A stretch of DNA of 63,909 bases, filler included, from Trichomonas gallinae (Eukaryota), in assembly GCA_008369845.1 (NCBI GenBank). It is 8 parts of 8 records of this genome, joined end to end, with 100 filler letters (N's around TTAATTAATTAA, not from the genome) between each part and the next. Parts side by side here need not be neighbours in the genome. Positions count along the whole stretch, not along the records: positions 56,950 to 62,353 come from MRSU01000936.1; positions 62,454 to 63,909 come from MRSU01000956.1; 6 more parts are not named here. One strand, given 5' to 3'. The notes beneath the pieces were generated by a model. That model had not been told where the DNA came from and made no database searches. It saw only the letters and a program-made list of their open reading frames with translations. Both the position numbers and the translations under genes were made by a program. Below, piece by piece: positions 56,950 to 63,909 of this stretch. The stretch's first letter is position 1; every line of letters begins with the position of its first letter.

Positions 56950-57026
56950 CCCATGGGCGTCGCTCTGACTGGCTGATATGAAGCACTTTTTCAAATTTTG
57001 TAAACCATTCAAACCTACCCCCTTAA
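56950..57026 (-). mobile_element. Second TTAA-flanked transposon terminus (Kolobok-like), emerging from a gap
   Basis: Minus strand reads TTAA|GGGGGTAGGTTTGAATGGTTTACA, matching 22892-22919. Confidence 0.65.
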
Positions 57027-57826
57027 AGGAGTTGATCGTCATGACGATTAGCTCAATTTTATTTTCCCTTTTTTACTTCAAATCTCGCTTTAGTTTTTGT
57101 TCTTAAGTCATGTGGCGTGGTTTTTGCGAAAAAGTTGCAAGTTATTTTTTGGAGAGTTGCTTTTCAGTTGGGTTTCCTTCAAGGGATAGATTGGAAAATA
57201 CCTACTTATCATATATTTTCGTTGCCACAGAATAGAAATTATATTATCAAATATTTCAATTTATTAATGCCGTTTTGAGAGTCGATGAATTTGCATATAC
57301 ATATATTATTGGCTGTATATGTTACTATTCAATTGATATCGAATAAGAATCATCATATCAAAATTATTGATTATATTTTTACTATTTGGAGTCATTTGCA
57401 TGGAGAAATATTGTATATGGAATATATAGCTTAAAATACCATTATCTCGGGATGAATACCATATTTTACATTTGATTAATCAAATTTGTCAGATTAAAGC
57501 AATTGCTATTGAAATAATTTCTATTGTGGTATCAGTATTTGTAATTTATCATTGTTGTTTATTGAAAATCATCAAATATCATTTGCAAAAATTATAAATT
57601 GAGATCATAACTTGTAATGATAGTGTTAAACTATAATGATAATAGGTATGTTATAAATAGCTTCTCATTCACAAATGACCAAATTATTATAAAAATATAA
57701 TTTTGTCTTGATATGATGAATTTATTATTGATAGAAATACTAGTTATTGAACTTGTTATGACATTTGTACACGTAGTTATTACTTTTGAAAAGAGAATTA
57801 ATTTGCTTAGGATGGATAATTACGTT

Positions 57827-59017
57827 TTAGACAATGATTGGCTTGAGGATTGCACGAACAGCTTCCTCTGTAACAGTCTGGTGCCAACCAAATGGTTTGT
57901 TGCCGTTGGAATCCATGACCATCTTGACGACTTCTTCGTAGTCGCCTTCCTTGACTGGAAGCTTAGCGTGCTGGCACTCAGAGACTGTTCTGACGTGGCC
58001 GATAGCCTTGATCCAGTCGGCGAGCTTGGCTAAGAACTTGTCAGCCTTTTCCTCATCTGTTCCCTCACGAACGTCGAAGACTCTCTCAGCTGAGCGTGCA
58101 AGGAGGTAGAGTCTCTCCTTCTTGAAGTGTGTGAGGAATGGAATTGTAACCATTGCGAGTGTAGCGGCGTGATCGATATCATATTTGGCTGTAAGCATGT
58201 GGCCGATCTGGTGGATACCCCAGCATGACTCCTTGCCGAGTGTGAAGACAAGGTTGAGGGCGAATGAGCAAGCGTTGATCAATCTGCCGTGGAGTTCGAG
58301 AGATGAGTTCTCCTGGAGAAGTGGCTCGGAGATGTCAACGAGCTCGCGCATGACGGACATCCAGAAGTTGTCCATCATTGGGTTTAACTGTGGAACTAAG
58401 AACTGATCGATGCAGTGTGTCATGGCATCGTAGAGGCCGTTGCGAAGCTGTCTTGGTGGGAGTGTCATTGTGTACTTTGGATCGAGCAATGAGAACTTCG
58501 GGAATGTGACTTGGTTTCCAGATCCGAGTTTCTCGTTTGTAGCGCGGCGAGAGATAACGAAACCGTTGTTCCACTCTGAGCCTGTAGCTGGTAGTGTCAT
58601 GACGGAGCCGATTGGAGTGCATGTCTTCGGGAATGTCTTCTTTGTCATGATATCCCAGGGATCGACGCCTTCATCGAGTGATGCGGCTGCTGTGATGAAC
58701 TTTGTGCCATCAAGTGTTGAGCCACCGCCGACTGCGAGGATGAGATCTGGCTTCCATTCCTTGACAACTGCAACGATCTCCATCAAGCGAGCGAATTCTG
58801 GGTTTGGTGGGATGCCGCCTTCCCACTTTGTCTCGCACTCGAGTTCAGCGAGGGCCTTTGTAACATCATCTCTTGCGCCATTCTTATCAATTGATCCGCC
58901 ACCGAATGTAACGAGAACTTTAGACTTCGGCTGAACGAATTTCTTGAGGTGGTCAGCAACGGCGTCTTCGCCGAAGCCAACTTGTGTTGTGTTTGTCCAG
59001 AGCCACTTCATGCTCAT
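57827..59017 (-). CDS. Iron-containing (type III) alcohol dehydrogenase, YqhD/NADPH-type
   Basis: GGGSIDKNG, GGIPPNP, AVGGGSTLDGTK, TLPATGSEWN, WGIHQIGH and HAATLA motifs; TCACT Inr; strong codon bias. Confidence 0.93.
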   Translation of the reverse strand: MSMKWLWTNTTQVGFGEDAVADHLKKFVQPKSKVLVTFGGGSIDKNGARDDVTKALAELECETKWEGGIPPNPEFARLMEIVAVVKEWKPDLILAVGGGSTLDGTKFITAAASLDEGVDPWDIMTKKTFPKTCTPIGSVMTLPATGSEWNNGFVISRRATNEKLGSGNQVTFPKFSLLDPKYTMTLPPRQLRNGLYDAMTHCIDQFLVPQLNPMMDNFWMSVMRELVDISEPLLQENSSLELHGRLINACSFALNLVFTLGKESCWGIHQIGHMLTAKYDIDHAATLAMVTIPFLTHFKKERLYLLARSAERVFDVREGTDEEKADKFLAKLADWIKAIGHVRTVSECQHAKLPVKEGDYEEVVKMVMDSNGNKPFGWHQTVTEEAVRAILKPIIV

Positions 59018-59222
59018 TTGAAAAGTGAAGTGAGAATTTTTCTTTCAATTACGATAAAATTCAGTCGTCTGAAACTATAGCTATATATGACAGTAAACTA
59101 TCTATTTTTAAATAAAAATCGAAAATTTTCATAAAAACTCAAAAAATTACTATCAAACATAGAACTTTCATTTGTGATTTAGATAAACTTTCAAATAATC
59201 TTTTAGAATATCAAGTTTTGTC

Positions 59223-59400
59223 TTAATTAACCAAAATAATTTGAATTCATGAAAATTTTGCTTCTCATCGTGTAGCAATAAAGGATGTGCATCGGAATAT
59301 ATATTTATGTTAACGGTGATTTCGTAAAAATGCATTTTAGGTCATTGAATTTGAAGAAAAATGAAATCATTTTAATTTGCTCATATTTTTGGTTAATTAA
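59223..59400. mobile_element. Possible 178-bp MITE-like element bounded by a 14-bp inverted repeat
   Basis: TTAATTAACCAAAA (59223-59236) and TTTTGGTTAATTAA (59387-59400). Confidence 0.3.
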
Positions 59401-60351
59401 ATCATCTTTATTACACAAATATAATTTCCCTACCGAGTACTCAAAAAATACGATGGATGTCTGAATATAAAGCTGAAAAAGAAAATAATTGAAGAAATAG
59501 CTCTAGTAGATATGTATATATCTATTTACAACAGATATGTTCATTTTACTTTTTCCTTAGTCGGATATGTGTCACTTTTATGTACGACATTCCTTTTATC
59601 CGACATGTAAATCAGACAAATATGACAATCCGTCATGTAAAATTTATTTCATTACTCCTTATTTCTCTCTCATTTTATCTAGTATTTTCTTTGCATATAT
59701 AGTTCTAACACAATGGAGAAAAATATATAGGCTTGGAAATACTTTTATGTCTTCTTTCACAGCATCTCAGAAATCAAAAAGTTGAACATGGCCTTTTTCG
59801 AAAATTTTGTGAATGAGTTCCATGAAATCCTATCTTACAAATAGCTAGTGTAGTGAGTGTCGGAAGATCTCTAATCAAAATACTATACCACGAACTACAG
59901 GAAGGAATTTGAAAATCTCATGATGACTATTTTGTGAAGCATTATTCAAAGATGATTTGTAGAGTTTGCTTTTTTCGTTGGCATCAATTTAGGGAACTGA
60001 TAGAAGGAACTTGAACTCTTCATTAAGACCACAGCAAGAATCTTCCATTAAAACAGAGCTGTTGCGTTTGAAATTTAATTTGATGACTTCATGATCACTT
60101 TATCTGTAAGCCTAAATCAAAAATGCAAATTTGTTTTTTGTCTTTTGGTACTTATGAATCATGATCCACAACATGCTTCGTGCTTATGGGGTAGAAATCT
60201 TCAATATTCAAAATGCAGTAAAAAGCTTAACATACTAAAAATAAGATTTTTGCACTAAACTATGCTTATAAATTGAAGGATTAAGCTAGATTCTAACTTT
60301 TTAAAGTTGTCACTTTTGTTGACACTTTTATAAATCGTTATTTTTTTTCTA

Positions 60352-61056
60352 ATGAGTGAAAAACCAAAACCAACTTTACTTAAGTATGATGTTCCAGTTT
60401 TAGATGGTGGCGATGACTGGAGATCACGTGCTGCAAATGTTGGTGCAAAAATACCAGGAGAAACGCAAGAATTGACTCGAGACGTATTAAATAAAATTTT
60501 ACCGCCAAGAGAATTCAAAAGCAATGGACAAGATTTAATTCAGTATGTCAGCACAACACCATCAACACGCAGCGATGTTATTAAATTGCAGCAACAATTA
60601 GATTCTGAATTACAAAAGAGAAAAGCGCGCGAAACAGGAATTTGTCCGATTAGATCCGAACTCTACAGACAATGCTTCGACGAAATTATCCGTGAAGTTA
60701 CAATAGATTGCAGCGCCCGTGGTTTATTATTAGTTAAAGTTCGCGATGAAATGAGAACAACTATCAGCGCATATCAAGCTCTTTATGAATCTGCTATTAC
60801 ATGGGGAATGAGAAAATCAATGGAAATTGAACAGAATAAAGACGATGTTTTAACGCAGAATTCACGTCTGAAAGAGGAAATAGCAGCTTTACAAGCCAAA
60901 AACAAAGAACTCGAAAATAAAATTGCAAATATCGAAAAACAAGATGAAGAATATAGAAAGGAGAAAGAGAAAGCTCATGCTGACGAAACTGCACTCTTGA
61001 AGAGGCAAACAGCACAGCTTAAATCGCATATAGAGCAAATGTTGACATCAAAGTAA
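60352..61056 (+). CDS. DNALI1: Axonemal inner-arm dynein light intermediate chain (p28/DNALI1)
   Basis: LLKYDVPV, LNKILPPRE, QYVSTTPSTRSDV, ARETGICPIRSELYRQCFDEIIREVTI and YQALYES motifs. Confidence 0.93.
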   Translation: MSEKPKPTLLKYDVPVLDGGDDWRSRAANVGAKIPGETQELTRDVLNKILPPREFKSNGQDLIQYVSTTPSTRSDVIKLQQQLDSELQKRKARETGICPIRSELYRQCFDEIIREVTIDCSARGLLLVKVRDEMRTTISAYQALYESAITWGMRKSMEIEQNKDDVLTQNSRLKEEIAALQAKNKELENKIANIEKQDEEYRKEKEKAHADETALLKRQTAQLKSHIEQMLTSK

Positions 61057-61459
61057 ATTTATTTGTTTTCTACTGTAAATTCATATATTTTCGACCCATG
61101 CATCAAATTTGACGTCCAAAAAAGCTTAGATTTGATTTAATTCGATATCAAAAATTGAATATCTTTGATTTGATAAGTTTTGAATATATGTTCTTATAAA
61201 TTACTAGCACTATATGATTGATATAGTGATAAAACATAATAAATTCCAAGATATTTCTTAAAAAGAATTTTCCCTGAAATTTACTAATATTAAGAAATAT
61301 ATCTCTTAGATTAGAAGCATAGAGTGTGAAAGAATGTACAATAGAGGATTTGGCTAATTTTTCTTCTCAAATTTTTATAATATTTCATGAATGCTTATAA
61401 TATCACATGTAGTGTTACATCAATATATAGTCTATAATATTTAATACTTTCGAGTGTAT

Positions 61460-61972
61460 TTAATTAACATTTTGACGAAGCCATGCTAAACCTTCTTCAA
61501 GGCCTTCAGTTGTAACAGCAGAGCATCCCTGTATCTGCCAATTTCTATTTCTAATATTATGAAGCTCTAATTCGATGGCTATATCATCTGGATTTTTTGC
61601 TGTTGCTAAATCTTGCTTGTTAGCCAAGATAAGGACCGGGACACCAGCAAGCTTCTCTTCCTGAAGAAGCTCGGCGAGTTCAAAACCTGTTTCAGCCATA
61701 CGATGTGTATCAGCACTATCGATAACCCAGACGATTGCGTTGATTTTATCATAGTAAGAAGCCCAGTATGATCTAAGAGCCTTCTGGCCTCCAACATCCC
61801 AGATGTTGAACTCGTAGTTTCCTGTCTTCAGTTGTTTAACATTGAATCCGCGCGTTGGAGCGACGTTGTCTGGATTTTCCTTCGACAATGCCTTAAGAAT
61901 TGTCGTCTTGCCTGCATTGTCGAGGCCGAGGAACAAAAGCTTCCTTTTTACTAAACTCTGCGAACCACCCAT
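61460..61972 (-). CDS. ARL3: ADP-ribosylation factor-like GTPase, ARL3/ARL2 type
   Basis: GLDNAGKTT, PTRGFNVK, WDVGGQ, ELAELLQEEKLAGVPVLILANKQDL and WQIQGCSA motifs. Confidence 0.82.
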   Translation of the reverse strand: MGGSQSLVKRKLLFLGLDNAGKTTILKALSKENPDNVAPTRGFNVKQLKTGNYEFNIWDVGGQKALRSYWASYYDKINAIVWVIDSADTHRMAETGFELAELLQEEKLAGVPVLILANKQDLATAKNPDDIAIELELHNIRNRNWQIQGCSAVTTEGLEEGLAWLRQNVN

Positions 61973-62453
61973 AGAAAAAAATTGAAAAACGGACCCTAAT
62001 TTTTTTTTAGATTTTTTGTTGCTTTACATATTATAACCTTATTGAACAATAGTTTCTATTTCGATCTATTGTTATTATATACACTATATATATTGTTCTG
62101 TACCGAAATGCGGAACGAAAATGTGACAGGTTTACATGTCAGATTTGACACGTAAATTTTGCAAAAAGTGACACTTTAGACAGGGGGTGCATCCATTTAT
62201 GTCACTTTTGTAAAAGATTTTCATGCTAGATTGTGAAATAAAAAACTCAATTTTTGACATAAAAAGTTTTAAGTAATATAATAAGATGTCACCAGCATCA
62301 GACATTGCGCCTGAAGAAAGTTTAAACTCTTTCATCTTTTTTTAGAAACTGGTNNNNNNNNNNNNNNNNNNNNNNNNNNNNNNNNNNNNNNNNNNNNTTA
62401 ATTAATTAANNNNNNNNNNNNNNNNNNNNNNNNNNNNNNNNNNNNNNNNNNNN

Positions 62454-62917
62454 GATGAGCGGAAAGCAGCCTTACGAACACCCTCTGTGATCAAGGAGAG
62501 AGCCTGATCGACACGGCGGAGTGGGGAAACATCACAAGCCTGACGACGGACTGTGCCACCAACACCAATACGTGTAGAGTCTTCGCGGGCGCCGCAGTAC
62601 TGGACAGCCTTAACGAATGTAACGATTGGGTTTTCGCCTGTAGAGATGTTGATGATATCGAAAGCGTGCTCGACAATGCGGATTGTAAGGAGCTTCTTGC
62701 CTGTGTTGCGGCCACGGGACATCATGTGGTTGGCAAGGCGCTCAACGAGTGGGCAAGAGACTTTCTGGAAACGCTTGTGGACATAGCGGCCAGCTGTGTG
62801 TGGAACCATGACGTGCTGCTTCTCGTGGACAGAGATGTAGTCAACAAGAGCTGGATCAAGTGTGCTGAAATCGACGTCTTCGTAGGAATACTTTCCAAAA
62901 AGCTTTACGTCTTGCAT
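62454..62917 (-). CDS. RPS5: 40S ribosomal protein S5 (uS7), 3' end lost in a gap
   Basis: [30 protein letters not shown] and [26 protein letters not shown] motifs. Confidence 0.97.
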
Positions 62918-62920
62918 TAG

Positions 62921-62940
62921 AAAGGTCGGACCAAACGGTT
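62921..62940 (-). promoter_or_regulatory. Trichomonad M3 (AACCGTTT) + M5 (CCTTT) core promoter of rpS5
   Basis: Minus strand reads aaccgtttggtccgaCCTTTctaATG; M5/M3 are the non-Inr core elements described for T. vaginalis ribosomal protein genes. Confidence 0.7.
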
Positions 62941-63180
62941 TGGACGGCTTTTGTGTCTGAATTTGAGATTTTTATCAAAAATAACATATATAATCAATAT
63001 AACTCATTATGGAACCAAAATTTTTGAATTTTGAACAAAAAATCGAAATCGAATTTTTCAATCATGAGTTAATTTTAAAATGAAATTAAAAATTAGTTTT
63101 TATATACATTTCTAATCAAGGAATTAATATGAACCGCGATTTTTTTTTAAAAAAAAAAAGTTGTATAGAAATCAATTATA

Positions 63181-63672
63181 TTTACATGACAAAATTTCTT
63201 CTAAACATTTCTACTTGATCTAATTCCAGATCCGTTAAATCAATATATTTTCAATAATTAGATCTAATTCTCAATATTATATGAGTCATCTGACCTTATT
63301 ATATCATATAAAAGCAATGATGTAGTTGATTAGAACAGCGTGACAAAAAAAAAAATTTACATGACAAAAATTTATAACCTTGATCTAATTCCGGATCCGC
63401 CAGATCTATTTCTAATATTTAGATCTAAATGTCAATAATATATGAGCCATCTTACTCTATTATGCCATATAAAATAAATGATGTATCATATTCATACAAA
63501 GTGTTTGTAAAGTGACAAAACACTATTTTTACATCACAAAATTTTATTGAAAACCTATCACTTTTTGATCTAAATCCAGATCCACCAAATATGTATATTT
63601 CCAAAAACCAGATCTAAATACCAATAATATGCGAGCCATATACTTCTATTATATCATATAATAGCAGTGATG
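63181..63672. repeat. Three degenerate tandem copies of a ~175-bp unit
   Basis: Units start at about 63181, 63356 and 63528; each has tttacat(g/c)acaaaa, ttgatctaa(t/a)tcc(a/g)gatcc, agatctaa, gag(t/c)cat, tattat..catata and (a/g)tgatg. Confidence 0.88.
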
Positions 63673-63909
63673 CAAGGCTCGTGCCATGCCAGCCAATAGT
63701 ATGGTGAAGGCCCTCGCCATAGAATAACCTTTGGCGAAAAAATTAAGGTGAATAAATAAGGTTTCATTATTATAATAAATTTTTTTTTGAAAAATTTACT
63801 GTCGATTTAGCTTATCGGAGTTTACACATGGTGATGGTGACCAAGGTCATTGGTTCGATTGAGGTGAACTACTTTTTATTTTTTTTTTTTTTTTTCGGTT
63901 TAAAAATAG

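Noticed and set aside
60352..61972. Adjacent flagellar genes DNALI1 and ARL3 as a functional cluster
   Set aside because: A single convergent pair with no shared promoter; not distinguishable from chance in a flagellate genome
63825..63870. GGTTCGAT resembling a tRNA T-loop or B box
   Set aside because: No cloverleaf stems or acceptor pairing can be formed

Overview
AT-rich, gene-dense, almost intron-less eukaryotic DNA that looks like a trichomonad (Trichomonas-like parabasalid). The evidence is TCA(T/C)T initiator elements just before many ATGs, an M3+M5-type promoter on rpS5, and typical expanded families (ankyrin, BEACH, kinases, Gly-rich and GGAI/FxxN surface proteins). The window is a scaffold of 8 contigs joined by seven artificial 100-nt linkers (44 N + TTAATTAATTAA + 44 N). 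It holds about 30 protein genes, including a TBC RabGAP, NOT2, SCAMP, BEACH, PP2A-B56, a PPP phosphatase, a CDK-like kinase, beta-carbonic anhydrase, Prp43, a YqhD-like ADH, DNALI1, ARL3 and rpS5, plus several pseudogenes. The most notable items are: (1) two intact, codon-biased but motif-dead tRNA-metabolism pseudoenzymes (TrpRS-like and TtcA-like); (2) an array of four covarying C[UUCGU]G hairpins starting in the stop codon of the CDK-like gene; (3) a hidden gene missed by the ORF track whose internal stop lies in a candidate 27-nt intron; (4) matching TTAA-flanked transposon termini at two contig breaks; (5) a recurrent TTTACRYGWCA upstream motif, and several degenerate tandem duplications in promoter regions. 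All family calls come from motif recognition by eye, not from database searches.
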